From: Octopus vulgaris
Taxonomy: Eukaryota
Direction of reading: 5' to 3'
NCBI GenBank assembly: GCA_951406725.2
Contig: OX597836.1
Coordinates: forward strand, 23,560,001-23,624,000
Length of the DNA stretch: 64,000 nt
Part shown: in pieces, positions 28,727 to 43,273 of the stretch
Layout: every line of letters starts with the position of its first letter
Numbering within the stretch: position 1 is the stretch's first letter
Notes under the pieces: model-generated
What the model saw: only the letters and a program-made list of their open reading frames with translations
Told to the model about the DNA's origin: nothing
Database searches by the model: none
Position numbers and translations under genes: made by a program

Positions 28727-29263
28727 AAATTGAGAAAGAAAGGGAGAAAGAGAACTAAAGAGAATTGGTGAAAGAAGGAGTGAAGGATGTTAGAAGAAAT
28801 GAAGGAGAGGAAAAAGGCAAGAAAATGAAAGTTTCAGCTTTTGGCACAACTGAAAAATATTTGCTCCACAGCGTGGGAAATTTGCAACATTGTCAAAGAA
28901 TATACAAGTTTTTTTTTCTTTTTTTTTTTTTTTTTCTTTTTAATACGGATATCTCGATATGAAACACGTTTATATTGGCTGAAAATCTCAAAAATAAAAC
29001 AATAGAGACTGGGAAGGAAACAAATTTTCCATCAATTAGCAGTTTGTTGACTCGCATCATTAGAGTATTTTTTAAAAAAGCATTTCTACTCCAGACACGA
29101 GTGTAAGTCATTGAAGCGTGGTGAAGCAAGTCCCGAAATATAAACTAGTCTCTCTTGAAAGGTTTTCAGATATACGCCAATCATACATAGAAATCCTCGG
29201 CTTTGAAGCCTTTCTTCGCATCTCTTCTTGGGTTTCTAAGCAATCAAAATACTTATGAACAGA

Positions 29264-29341
<78 letters not shown>

Positions 29342-29394
29342 TTATCTGTCTGTCTGTCTGTTTGCCTGCCTGCCTGCCTGCCTGCCTGTCTGTA

Positions 29395-29476
<82 letters not shown>

Positions 29477-29851
29477 CCTGCACATAAATTACAACAGTTC
29501 TTTCTAATCCTTGTGCTTAAGTTTCAACAAAAGTGAATTTGGAAACGAAAACCAGAAGTGCAGAGACTGGGATATAGATAGACCTTTCTGTATTCTTGCT
29601 TTCATCGTTCTGACTTATTGAAGTAAAACTAACATCTGTATACACTACGTAAATAGATTGTTTAAAACTATTAAAATATGCAAAAGTAATCATTTCAAAA
29701 ATGTGTTAACGCATATAACACCCAGAAATTAAATCTGAAATAAAGAAATTTGCAATTATTAAACAAATATTCTGAGCAGCAATTGGTGCTCTGAAACAAG
29801 TGCTGCATCACATCCGAATTCTAGGCTCTTCTCAGCAACCTAAATCACTTA

Positions 29852-30087
29852 ATTTTGTTAAGGTTATGTCTACAGAAATCATAGCCAGCAGTGTTTTTTT
29901 TGCTACAATGTTCATATCGAGATACGAAACATTGTAGCAAAAAATCGGTGCTGGCGACGATTTCTGTAGAATATCTGTAGAAATAACCTTAACAAAATGA
30001 TGCAAAGATCACTGCTAACACAGGAGAACGTTTTGTTGCCCTATAAAAACAATGTTTTTTATTGTATACTATGGTTGCATAACGAAG
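29852..30087. mobile_element. fold-back element, unknown family, copy 1
   Basis: Imperfect inverted arms (ttttgttaaggttat.tctacaga..gccagca..tttgctacaatgtt and complement), followed by gctaacacag and tatggttgcataacgaa as at 51075-51381. Confidence 0.6.
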
Positions 30088-30422
30088 TTCCACGTACCTA
30101 CAAGTCTTTAATAGTCCACTTAACTCTTAAAATAATTCTACCTGTTGATTACTAAGTACCTTCCTAAAAATTATCATGACTCGGTAGAAATTCATATTTG
30201 GTAAACTTATCAATACCAATTGAAAAATGGATGCGAATCGATATTTCTTAGAATTGTTGAAGGAGGAAGATTATAGATTCTTCCGTGTCAGTATAGTTGA
30301 GGTGTTGAGTTGTTTTAGACATGCTGACAAATAAATTCATCTCCATAAATTAGGGCTGAACAAGGGTGTAAGGTAATCTCCATTCACGTGACACCTATTA
30401 TATATAAACATACATACATACG

Positions 30423-30640
30423 TACAAAGGAGTGCTGAAAGGTTCCTGGCTTTAAGGGTTTCGCGAAAGGCCTGGCTGGAGGCCCAACCTTGCGTGTTCT
30501 TTTATAAGGCTTAGAAAAACTGAAGGGCCGCTGCAATAATTGTGTGAATCTGAGAGAGGAATATGGTGAATAAAATCATAATTGACTGATCCTCCTGTAT
30601 TTTCTTTTACCCAAAACCAGAAACTCTTCAGCTCCCCTCA
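30423..30640 (+). mobile_element. mariner-derived MITE
   Basis: TIR-like tacaaaggagtgctgaaaggttcctgg / ccagaaactcttcagctcccctcata. Internal remnant LEKLKGRCNNCVNLREEYGE* of a mariner C-terminus. Confidence 0.8.
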
Positions 30641-30945
30641 TACATACATACATACATACATACATACATACATACATACATACATACATACATACATACA
30701 TACATACATACACCACACACACACACTCACAGACACACATACACACATACATATTTGTGTATGGTTTGTGCTTATTTGTTTGACCAGGGGTGGGTGGGTT
30801 GGCTTTGACAGGATTTGGTCTCTGAGCACGGGTCTCTCAGAATGGATACAGCAAGACTTATTTACTCAAAATGAAGTAAAAAATGAAGATAACAGCATGT
30901 GTGATTTCAATGGCCACCGACAACACTTTCACATTGCTGTTGATA

Positions 30946-31043
<98 letters not shown>

Positions 31044-32053
31044 GCACGCACGCACACACACACGCACACACACACGCACACACACACACACACACACGCA
31101 CATACACACATACACACACAAGCACACACACACACACATTGTTTATAATATAATCAACCTAACTTTATTAGGTTGTTTATTTAGGTTAGCCGTTCATGTG
31201 AATGATTTAGCTCAAAAACCAGATAACCCCCGTTCTGCCAATCTAGTTATTGAACTGCCTTGATTGCAACAGATGGAGGCAAACACTGGATACTTCTGCT
31301 GCGAATAGAAGTGTTCCAGAAACAAAATCAAAGGAAACCTTTTAAAATGTGTAGACTCCTTTGCATTATTTGAGAGCAAAAGAAGAAGCACGTCTAAGAC
31401 AAATCTTAGCAAATACGCAAGCGGCATAATCTCGTGAATAGTGATTCCAGCTGCTAAACTATCTTTAACGAAGGTGAAGCTTCTACCGGGTTGCTCGACC
31501 TACTAGAAATAGCAGTCAAACTGCTTCAAATTTCAAATTCCGCTTTAACATCTTAAAAAACATGTTGGGTGATGTGACAAAATGTAACAAAATATCATGA
31601 AAAAAAAAAAAGGAACGGAATGGTCACGGCTGAATTGTCTTCTCGTCAGAAGTCTACGTGACCTGAGTTAAATAGTAACATCTAATTAAATTAGTTTTCT
31701 GCAAATTCCATTCCAGATCAGAAACTGATCAATGGAGGAATAAGCTTCACTTTTAGTATTGGGTTTTTCTTTAGGTTATAAACCTAAACACACAATTATT
31801 TGTGCGCACATATACACAGACGTATATATAAATAAGTATATTTACATGTGCACGCGCGCACACACACACACACACACAGAGAAAAAAAACTAAACGCGTG
31901 TGATGCGGTACCGCACAAGACACAACAGCTGCTTCACAACAAATCAGGAGTTCTTTAAGCCAATGCTTATAAGAAGTAAATAAATGGAAAATTTGATCGA
32001 AGAATATAGAAACATTAAGAAAAGATTTATTTTCCTTGTGGTCCATTATACCA

Positions 32054-32205
<152 letters not shown>

Positions 32206-32236
32206 CATATATATATACATACATACATATACAACA

Positions 32237-32352
<116 letters not shown>

Positions 32353-32647
32353 TGCTGCTACATGTTTCCAAACCTCCTACTCCATGGAACAATGCTTGAA
32401 TCATTTATTTTCTTTATTATTTATTGTGATTTTTAAACATATTTTTCTATAAAGTATTTCTGAAAATTAAAAATTATTTATTTTTTCAAAGTTTAGACAT
32501 CAATCGTTGAAAGTAGATCTTATGTATTCGAATATTGACGTTCTCTTGCAACATACATTCCCAGTAATAACAGGGGAATTTCTGTATGTGAATATACCTA
32601 TGCATATGTGTATGCGTTTATGTATACGTGATGTCAAAACAGGACAA

Positions 32648-33040
32648 TCTTTATATATAAAAGTGAAGTTGTGTGTCTGTCTCCTACGATTTAGATTCCT
32701 AACTACTCCCACATTTTGCGGTGCAGTTTAACCAAAACCGGGTATCTTATAGTCGTGATTCATATCGAGCCCTTCTGGGCATTAGCGCGCGTCTACGATG
32801 AGTCTACGATTTAAAAAAAAAATTACCATCCATTTTTCCCATTTTTAATGCATTTTTGGCATATATAAGGGAAGTCACTCTCTAAAAATTTATTATTAAA
32901 TCTCAGAACGTAAAAAGCTACAGTAACACCCCCCCTTTGTGGTTAGCCATATTGAGATGGCTATTATACTTTACATCTCTAAAAATACTTATATAGTTAT
33001 TTCCCTTACAAACCCGAGCAACGCCGGGCGATACTGCTAG
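32648..33040 (+). mobile_element. non-autonomous Helitron
   Basis: A|TC start (tctttatatataaaag), 3' GC-rich hairpin cccgagcaacgccggg and CTAG|T end. Confidence 0.85.
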
Positions 33041-33513
33041 TAATATATATGAACAGATATGTCTAAGAAGTGTGTGCATGGTGCGTTACTGTAAAAATGG
33101 CGCGATCAGCCTTCTGCGCAGAAGGAAGCCAGTGAGCGATAGCTGACAGTTGAAGAATGTAGTAGGTACGTTTTGTACTTTAATAACTACTATGAGTATA
33201 GGTTAACTAGTTAGCTACTATATTACAATGTATACTTGAGATTTGTGTTAGCAGACGAATATATATATATATATATATATATATTAAATGCTGATTTAGT
33301 CGCTTTCGCTAGTCTAACATTCAATGCCACGTAGCTTATGAGTTGTTTATTTATTCAATCGTACAAGCATTAAGTATGATATTATTATTTTAATCATTTC
33401 ATGATAAAGAAATATCCGGTAATTTAAATTACACAACGACAATATAGTTAACAAATTGAAAAATATCATAGAGTTACTATTATAGTAATATTATAATATT
33501 ATAATATTATAGA

Positions 33514-33920
33514 GGCACAGGAGTGACTGTGTGGTAAGTAGCTTGCTTACCAACCACATGGTTCCGGGTTCAGTCCCTCTGCGTGGCATCTTGGGCAAGT
33601 GTCTTCTGCTATAGCCCCGGGCCGACCAAAGGCTTGTGAGTGGATTTGGTAGACGGAAACTGAAAGAAGCCTGTCGTATATATGTATATATATATGTATG
33701 TATGTGTATGTATATGTTTGTGTGTCTGTGTTTGTCCCTCTAGCATTGCTTGACAACCGATGCTGGTGTGTTTACGTCCCCGTCACTTAGCGGTTCGGCA
33801 AAAGAGACCGATAGAATAAGTACTGGGCTTACAAAGAATAAGTCCCGGGGTCGAGTTGCTCGATTAAAGGCGGTGCTCCAGCATGACCGCAGTCAAATGA
33901 CTGAAACAAGTAAAGAAAAA
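33514..33920 (+). mobile_element. SINE family A, full length
   Basis: Close match to 5024-5425 throughout. Confidence 0.9.
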
Positions 33921-35099
33921 ATAGAGTTATTATGAATGTTCTTAATGTGATAAGTTAGTTAAATGGCTGGGAACACCTTAGTTGGCAAGATGTTTGGTTA
34001 TTCAGTTGTTTGCATCCTACTCTTCGTCGGAAAACAGTTATGTCTTTTAACATACGATGTAATTTGTGAAATCGGACGTTAAGTAAAAGCAATGCCTGTT
34101 TTATTGATCACACACATACATATATAACATAAAAGGAAGACGAGAAACATTCAAACTTTGGAAGTTGCAATTTTGTAAGTCGAATGTCAGAGGTGAATAT
34201 GAAGTTGGCAGACCTTTCTGGACTGGAGAGGTTTTAGCAGTTTGAAGATCTACAGTTCAATGTCTTGGAGAAAATAAAGTCTGAGTGATGAAGTAATTCC
34301 AGATGGTTGCAATTATGGAAACGAACCTTTCTGTCTGATACAGACACATCTTTTCTACATCATTTTAAAATATACTCACAGCTTCATACACAACCGACAT
34401 CATAATTACATTTCATTATTCTCCAGACACAGATGCTGCACAACCTCGCCAAATCAACGCCAACAACTTAGAAATCTGATTCCCAAAACAACAAACTTAA
34501 TACAACACCTGCCAAATCTACCATTTCGTTTTTATCCCCGAAAACACCAAGGAATATCAAAAACACCCAGCTAACAACACACTTAATATCATAAATATAT
34601 ACCTCAGCCAAATCTCTTTTGAATTACTCACTAAGATCTCAGAGAAGATACAATGGAATCATGCGGTCCTTCTGGGCATTGGTGCACTGTACGCGAGATG
34701 GTCAAAGCTGGAAAGACGTTAGTGATATTTCTGCTTTATTTGGACTGAACGAGGGTTAAAGACCAACATAAACATAGCACGCAATACAAGGAATTAAATT
34801 GCAAACCTCTACACCGTTCACAGCACTTGGAGTTGATATTGTAAGGAAAACAAAATGAGATACAAATATTGTGCCGTAAACGGGGCACTTCACATCATAA
34901 CAGGTGATGTGTTGACAGAAGAGCGCTGATTTTCACCTAAACAGTGAAACCAAAATGCTAAAAAAGGCAAGTTCAGCTAATCATGAGATGAGCAGAATTT
35001 CTTGTTGCAGTAAACTTCAAGCCTTACTTCTTCCTGTCATCAGATGAGAACACGAGTTGCAATCAAGGTGGGACGAACGCCATCAAATATATAAATAGA

Positions 35100-35485
35100 C
35101 TAGCAGTATCGCCCGGCGTTGCTCGGGTTTGTAAGGGAAATAACTATAAAGCATTTTTAGAGAGTTATAGCCAAAAAATAGCAAAAAAATTGAAAAAAAA
35201 TTATGGTAATTTTTTTTTTTGAGAGTTAAAAAGGTCGAGTTGCGTCCCCTAGACAGTCTGTGGTTTGTGTTTCTGATTCTCGACCCCATGTCGAATTTAT
35301 CGATTTTTTTCAGAACTGGGGGAACGTTTCAAAATTTTCGCTGCGTTAGTTTTGAATTATGACATTGGGCTATGTGTGTGTCAAGTTTCATCAGAATCGG
35401 TTGAAAGCCGTGGTCAGGGTGAGGGTACAACCTAACAGACACACAGACACGCAGACAGACAAACTGCCGTTTATATAGAGAGAGA
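35100..35485 (-). mobile_element. non-autonomous Helitron (mosaic)
   Basis: Minus: A|TCTCTCTCTATATAAACGGC start and the same 3' hairpin plus CTAG|T as 32648-33040. Confidence 0.85.
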
Positions 35486-36855
35486 TTAACAGATAGTAAA
35501 CAGGAGTGTAGAGGGACAGTAACTGTCGTTCACAGGCAGAGTCTAACTTGCTGATTCTGGCCATAACAGAAATCTGCGGGAATACGGATATGAGTGTACT
35601 GTGCTGAAATTGTTACACTGCACAACACATGATCAATCACTGCATGTTTGAATGTGCAGTCAGGCCCTCAGTAAAGGCGCACGCATGGAACAACTAAATA
35701 GCCGAATATGTGCATCACGTCTCGTCGTTCGGCCGACGACTGCCTTGTTCATTCAGAGATGGCCTGATGATACTGTACAACAACGGCATTAAATGTTTAG
35801 ACTGGTACAGACATTCCTACCGCATCCCTGGCAGTTAAATGTTGTTTGTTGAAAGATGCACCGTAGTCATCAACCTCACACGTACACACACTCACTCATA
35901 CACTTTAAACACATATACACTCACAGCTGTGTGCATCAACTGGTAATTGTTCCTATTTGAAGGTGTTTATTGTTATTTGCTAAAAATCATTGCCTTTAAA
36001 TAATTAATGACGGAATTAATGTAAACTATCAACTATCAAGAGGCGAAGCTAATTTTTCTACCTCCTTCAAAAATCACAAAGTTTACAGTAAAACCACAAA
36101 AAATGGCTCTTATTTTTATTTGTGAGGATAGACAACATATGAAGGGGTCAATGGATTAAAAGAAAAAAACATTACACAGTTCAATATTTTATCATGAAAA
36201 TGTTTCAAGGCCTGTTGAAAGATTTTTTTAAAGAATTGGTTATAAAATTTTCTGTTTTTAAGACGCCCAAGCCCTTGCATCGAATATACCTCACCTCTAA
36301 AATGTCTACCGCTTTCAGAAATCACGATTTTGGAGGGCGGCTAATTTTGAGTTTTGACTCCAGAAAAAAGACGAGACTGTACAACAGTTTCTCTTCCAGG
36401 GTGAAGACAATTTTTTCGCCTCTTTCCTTTGCTAAAATCTTTCCGAAATTCAGTACATCTCAACATTCCAATGCTATTCACTTCGAATGTAGGTGTCTTG
36501 TACATAAAAACAAGAAATGATTTTCTCCTTTTCTTCTAAAGATCCAGAAGTTGTAAGTTTTCAGACACGGCAGATTAATCTAAATGTTTTACGTATGAAA
36601 TGAATGTCGTTTAAGTAACCAAATTTCGAATCATAACTTTTTGTTAATGACTTCACGGCTGGATTATTTCAAATGATTAATTAGAAGCAATCAGACTAAG
36701 AGTTAATCGCCATGGAAACCATAAGTGTCGTGTGATTTACATCTTTGCTCGAAACCCTTTCTTTTTCATTTGATGTCTATTTTGCTTTGTAGAATTGTAC
36801 ATTGTAGAAGTTCCTTTCTTCTTTCTTTGAACTCTCAACTCTTGCTGGAGTCATA

Positions 36856-37084
36856 TATTTCTTTACTACCCACAAGGGGCTAAACATAGAGGGGACAAAC
36901 AAGGACACACAAAGGGATTAAGTCGATTACATCGACCCCAGTGCGTAACTGGTACTTAATTTATCGACCCCGAAAGGATGAAAGGCAAAGTCGACCTAGG
37001 CGGAATTTGAACTCAGAACGTAACGCAGACGAAATACGGCTACGCATTTCGCCCGGCGTGCTAACGTTTCTGCCAGCTCGCCGC
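36856..37084 (-). mobile_element. SINE family B, full length, 17-bp TSD
   Basis: Head GGCGGCGAGCTGGCAGAAACGTTAG, B-box-like GAGTTCAAATTCC and body gcctttcatcctttcggggtcgataaattaagtaccag. TSD ctcttgctggagtcata at 36839-55 and 37085-37101. Confidence 0.93.
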
Positions 37085-37752
37085 CTCTTGCTGGAGTCAT
37101 AGCTGTATGACATATGGAGTGGTTGGGGTATTTGAAAACCTGGCGGAGACAACCATCACCAAATTTCAACACACCCGATTTCTCGTCCAGAGAAAACGAG
37201 AGAGAAATCGAAGGAGATGAATAACTGCTTGTACTTCGTTTATCGACTCTGAAAGAATGAAATCAACTCTAGTCCTGGTAATTTTATCGTCCTAGAAAGG
37301 ACGTAAGACAAACATGATATTGATTGCAGTGAAAGAATATGTTTTTGATCAACTCCGTTCACACTGAAATTAGCATGCACTCTAGTCATGATTCAGTTTC
37401 CAAAATAATAAGGAATGAGGAATAAATAATGAATTAGGAACAGAAAGATGATTTGTTTCTAACAGTGGATTCAAAGTTTACTTGCAGTCTAACACTATTA
37501 GGGAAAAACTTTCTGAGGATCAGTTTCCACCCCAAGATCATTAAATTCTAGTTTGACTTACTGGCAACTGCGAATAATAGTAAATTGAGGGCGTTTTACA
37601 AATTATATTTAAGAAATACAAATGGTGATGCAAAACAGTTTTTCCAGAGGCTCTTGATGAATTCAGTATATTTATTGGCTGATATTGAGAGGTAAAAAGT
37701 CGTACTCTTGAAACGATTACAGTAACAGGCACATACCTACTCTCTCTCTTTC

Positions 37753-37817
<65 letters not shown>

Positions 37818-37901
37818 TACACTGACACATACACACACATACACTGACACACACTCACACACGCACGCACACAACACACTCACGCACGCACGCACGCACA
37901 C

Positions 37902-37938
<37 letters not shown>

Positions 37939-38217
37939 ACGGTTCAAATGTACAGGCATAGGTGAGGGAACAACAAGCAAGGGTATTGGACGCCTGAAAA
38001 AAATGTTTTGACGTGATGTTGAAAGGCATGTGAGTGTGTGTGTATAAGCATATATATGTATACTTGTATATATGCATGTACCTATGTATATCCATATTTA
38101 TATAAACATATATATATCTATCTCTATATATCTATAAACATCCATCCATATATATACATACGTATGTATGTATATATATATATATATATATATATGTACA
38201 TACATATATATATATGT

Positions 38218-38266
<49 letters not shown>

Positions 38267-38267
38267 A

Positions 38268-38465
38268 CAGGAAGCTTTATGAAAATAAACAAATGACGAA
38301 GGCAGGTGGAGTACAAACAAACAATTGTATTAGTATGGCGCTCAGGAATATAAATAAAACAAGTCTTTTACGTTTCGAGCCTACGCTCTTCAACAGAAAG
38401 ATACACAGAAAAGAAACACGGAGAGAAAAAATGCGTGTAGGAGCTAGCGATTCAACATGGCGAGT
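38268..38465 (-). mobile_element. short element family H copy 2, hammerhead-like motif at 38365-38400
   Basis: Minus: CTTT CTGTTGA A GAGC GTAG GCTC GAAA CG TA AAAG; 3' end abuts (TA)n. Confidence 0.75.
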
Positions 38466-38467
38466 GT

Positions 38468-38745
38468 AAGGTCATGAGTTTGATTCTCGGTGGCGCTGTG
38501 TCCTTGGGCAAGACACTCTATTTCATGTTGCTCCAGTCCACCCAGCTGGCAAAAACGAGCAGTGCCTGTATTTCAATGGGTCCACCCTTGTCACGTCCTG
38601 TGTAATACTGAATGTCACTGTGAACTGCTTCAAGAGCGTGAGTGTCGACGGAAACTTCAGTCACTTGGACATTAATTTCAGGTTCAGGATGCTCCGTTTA
38701 TTGTATTAATTGCAACAGTCGTCGTCGCAAACGGTGGAGAGCCAA
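38468..38745 (+). mobile_element. old CORE-type SINE
   Basis: gagtttgattc..., tgtgtccttgggcaagacact..tttcatgttgctccagtccacccagctg; tail cgtcgtc...ggagag similar to 42257-42541. Confidence 0.6.
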
Positions 38746-39022
38746 ACCATACACATACGGACAATTTGATCGATTAAAACCCATCATGGTGGTGCTCCAA
38801 TATGGTCGCAATATGACTAAAACAGTAAAAATATATTATGTATAGCCATATACAGTACACACACACACACACACACAAAGACATATGTATATATGAAAAA
38901 ATCATGCATATACATGCATATACACATATATATGTGTATGTATGAATGTATGCATGTATGTATGAATGTATGTATGTATGTATGTATGTATGTATGTATC
39001 TATCTATCTATCTATCTATCTC

Positions 39023-39091
<69 letters not shown>

Positions 39092-39487
39092 TTATCTATC
39101 TCTCTACTTCTTAAAGGGCCGTAAGTCACATAAGTGACTCAGGGGCCGAAAGTTCCGTTCATTGTCATCTATCTATATTTATGTAACTCTATCTTGTGGA
39201 AGAGTTGCCGCTCAGCGTTTTCGAACTCGGAACCACCGAGTTATGAAACAAACTCCTTAACCACAAGTCACTCTCTTTCTCTCTCTCCCACTTTCTTCCC
39301 TCTCTCTCTCATCTTTCTCTGGTTCTCCCTCTACTTCTCTGTCCGTGTAAATTTCACGCCGTCCTCACTTTCTCCCTCCTTACAGACACACATATATACC
39401 TACATACCTACATACATATTCATAGGCAAACACACACACACGCGCGCACCCCCACCCCCACCGCATATATGTGTTTATGTATGGGGG

Positions 39488-40180
39488 CAGATGTGGCCCT
39501 GTGGTAAGAAGCATGCTTCCCAACCACATGGTTCCGGTTTCAGTCTCACTGCGTGGCACCTTGGGTATGTGTCTTTAATTATAGCCTCGGGACGACCAAA
39601 CACTTGTGAATAAACTGAAAGAATTCCATCTTGTATATATATCTCTTTATATACTTATACTTTTACATCTTTACTTTTTATTATATTTTATATTTTATTA
39701 TCCTTTATAATTATATTTATATTTATGTATATTTTCTTTTTTGTGACCCCCAACTTCATTAACGTTTTCATCCCCTTCTCCTCCTTTCCCTTTTTTCTCT
39801 TTCTCTCAACATCCAATTTCTTCCCTTACATGAAGGAATCTACACAGTATTCATTCTATATCGAGTGAAAAAACGGTATGGACGATTTGTTTTGGAGTCT
39901 AATAATACCATGTACGCCTATGAAGATTTACAAACATACTCTCCCAATGATACCCGGTTTACCTACCATTATAAACAATACCAAATGTTTTTTCTCAAAC
40001 CCTTTGTAATGTGATACAAGTCTTTGGTGTAGCAATTGTACGCGGCTGAAGAAGGCTTTTGAACTATCTGTAATGTCGATTATGCATTGATGTAAGAATA
40101 AGTTGTTCTATAAAGCCCGAAACATATGTACCGCAACATCCTTTGTGTCCTGTTTTGCATTTATTTCATTTGATACATAC

Positions 40181-40222
<42 letters not shown>

Positions 40223-40432
40223 ATGCCTACATATGTATAATGTCCGCGCACGTCTTTGTGCCGGTGTTTGCCCCCACCCACTGCTGGATGGTAGTGGGGG
40301 ACAAACCGGTGTCCGTATTTTTACGCACCCATAACTTAGCGGTTCGATGAGTCGGTTCGCTCGACGGAAATATTCTTCCAGGCAGCGCTCCAGCATGACC
40401 GCAGTCTAATGACTGAAACAAGTGAAAGATGA
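39488..40432 (+). mobile_element. SINE family A split at its internal microsatellite by a ~0.5-kb hammerhead-bearing insertion
   Basis: Left arm 39488-39630, insert ~39640-40170, right arm ~40260-40432 (aacttagcggttcg...ctccagcatgaccgcagtc.aatgactgaaacaagt). Confidence 0.7.
40042..40134 (+). ncRNA. type I hammerhead ribozyme, near-canonical
   Basis: GCGG CTGAAGA A GGCTTT...AAAGCC C GAAA CATATG TA CCGC. Stem I GCGG/CCGC, stem II extended by GAAC/GTTC, palindromic ACATATGT, GUA triplet ending at 40130. Confidence 0.82.
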
Positions 40433-40656
40433 AATAAATATATGCATGTGTGGATAAGTGGTTAAGAGGTTTACTGTGCAACAATGCTGTCGTGGGTAGG
40501 ATGCACGAGATCATGGAATGAGCCGTGGTTTGGTGAACCTGAGCCGTGGTTTGGTGAACCTGGAAGAAGAAATTGGACTCAAATTTATCGTGTGTGTGTG
40601 TGTGTGTGTGAGTGTGTGTATGAGGGTGTATATGTATATATATATATATGTATGTA

Positions 40657-40921
<265 letters not shown>

Positions 40922-41263
40922 TATATATATATACACATAGAGAGAGAGAGAGAAAGAATGATAGAAAGAAGCATATATACATAGATGTGTGTGAGCGCTT
41001 GCGTGTGTATGAGTGTGTGTGTGTGTATGTGTGTATGGGGGTGGGGGTGATTTTTGCAAACCAAGTCTAAAACATGTATTGTGTTAAGTCGTTCGATAAA
41101 TGTAGTCAATCAAGTAACAGACGAAAATAAGTACATATATACTCGTCTAAACCTTCAAAATGGTATCCCAATCCGATCAGAATCCGGAAACATTCCCCGG
41201 AAAAAGCAATCAGAGATTTCCTTCTTCTCCTTTGGACTTTGGACAAACACATGCGTGCGCGTG

Positions 41264-41351
<88 letters not shown>

Positions 41352-41473
41352 GTTTCGCAGCCATCTTCACGTACTTACAATTAAATTATGAAAGCTGCGA
41401 AATGGTTGTAATCCTAAGGATGTCAAGTGGTTAAATAAATATATTCACTTTTCATAACTTCTGACATTTTATA

Positions 41474-41548
<75 letters not shown>

Positions 41549-41557
41549 CATACGTAC

Positions 41558-41637
<80 letters not shown>

Positions 41638-41921
41638 GTAAAAAGAGTAAAAAGAGTAAAGAGTATGCATATACATATATACATGCATACATACATATAT
41701 ATACACATATACATCTATATATGCATATGTATACATATATATATATATTTACATACAGATATATAACTGTATATATATGTGTATATGTGTGTGAGTTTGT
41801 GTGACTTTGTGTGAGTTTGTGTGTGTGTGTGCGTGTATATATGTATATATATGTGTGTATATGTATGTTTATATATATGTATATATATATGTAAATATAT
41901 ATATGTATCTATATATATATG

Positions 41922-41991
<70 letters not shown>

Positions 41992-42096
41992 AACTTTGTA
42001 TTTTAACTATTTTTCAGAATGAGATAAAAAACAATGGTGTGAAGATTTTAGAACATTTTTAACTAGAAGGTCTAATATATATATATATATATATAT

Positions 42097-42205
42097 CACC
42101 GTGACCGACCTGGCTATCAGATGTTGCTACACAGCGCTGGTCACAATGCGCTTCGCATTGTTTTAGCCTCCAAATGACGCTACCCCGCTGGCTAAGCGAG
42201 CAGGT

Positions 42206-42210
<5 letters not shown>
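42097..42210 (-). mobile_element. SINE family C 3' fragment between (TA)n arrays
   Basis: gtgaccgacc.g.c.atcagatgttgctacaca.cgct.gtcacaatgcgc...ggctaagcgagcaggtcaa matches 16725-16807. Confidence 0.8.
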
Positions 42211-42246
<36 letters not shown>

Positions 42247-42256
42247 CATACATGTA

Positions 42257-42541
42257 AGGCGCATGTGGGTAGGATGTTGCACTCACGATTGTGAGATCGT
42301 GTGTTCGATTCCCAGACCGGCTGGGCGTTGCGTTGTGTTCTTGAGCAAAGCACTTCATTTCACTATTCTTTGCTATTATATCGTCATCTGACATGTGACA
42401 CCCGTTGCACTGGTGCAGGTAATATCGATTTGATGGAAGGAGTCAACACAAACATTTGATCACTATAAACAAATCATCTGTGTGGTCCTTCGGTAAGAAA
42501 TTGTCGAACCGTCATACGTCGTCGAAGGACAGGAGAGTCCA
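42257..42541 (+). mobile_element. tRNA-derived CORE-type SINE, diverged
   Basis: gttcgattcccagac head like family C, then gtgttcttgagcaaagcacttcatttcac. Confidence 0.6.
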
Positions 42542-42589
42542 TTATATATATATATAAAAGAAATTAAAATGACAAAGGAATAAACAATT

Positions 42590-42779
42590 ATGTTATAAGC
42601 TTCAGTAGGTTACAGCCGTTTCTGCTAAAGATACAATGTGTGCATAGTGGACTGCTTGAGAAATGCACTTCACGTTTGAAGCACCCATGAAACTATAGAG
42701 TGATAGTCAAGCATTCAACTATGAGTACATTGCATCTTATTGCAGAAACAGCTGTTAATGTATTGGAGTTCGTAACATG
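42590..42779. repeat. diverged ~70-bp-arm inverted repeat containing GAAACAGCTGT
   Basis: atgttataagcttcagta..ttacagccgtttctgc...tgcttga versus tcaagca...gcagaaacagctgttaa.gtattggagttcgtaacat. Confidence 0.7.
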
Positions 42780-43148
42780 ATTGCCGATTCTTTTACGATA
42801 GGAATTTCTTATTACCGCTCTGCACTTGACTGACGCTTCGTTCTGAAGCAAACTTGTATTGAGTTCTAACTCCAGGTTATTAACATCGCTATTCCTGAGC
42901 GAAATATAAATATCAATACCAATATCAATATAAATATCAATATATACGGATTTTTGTCAGTGAACAGGTCGCGGTCTTAAAGCGACGAAAATATTTTGAC
43001 AAATTAAACTTAAATGTTGAAGTGAATCGAACGGCTTTTGTGTGTTTCTTAAATGGCTTACAAACACCTTCCACGCTGCAATTGTTTTCGTTTCAGCACA
43101 CGATCTCAGATCAAATCACTTGCTATGCAAGTACATCTCCGTAATACG

Positions 43149-43215
<67 letters not shown>

Positions 43216-43227
43216 CTGTGTGTGTAT

Positions 43228-43273
<46 letters not shown>

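Noticed and set aside
34420-34625. Possible old LINE RT remnant (NNKLNTTPAKSTISFLSP)
   Set aside because: Too degenerate to assign by eye.
40520-40562. Short direct repeats (gagccgtggtttggtgaacct twice; also 4669-4730 and 54361-54408) as CRISPR-like arrays
   Set aside because: Only two adjacent copies, no spacers and a eukaryotic context; simple tandem duplications.
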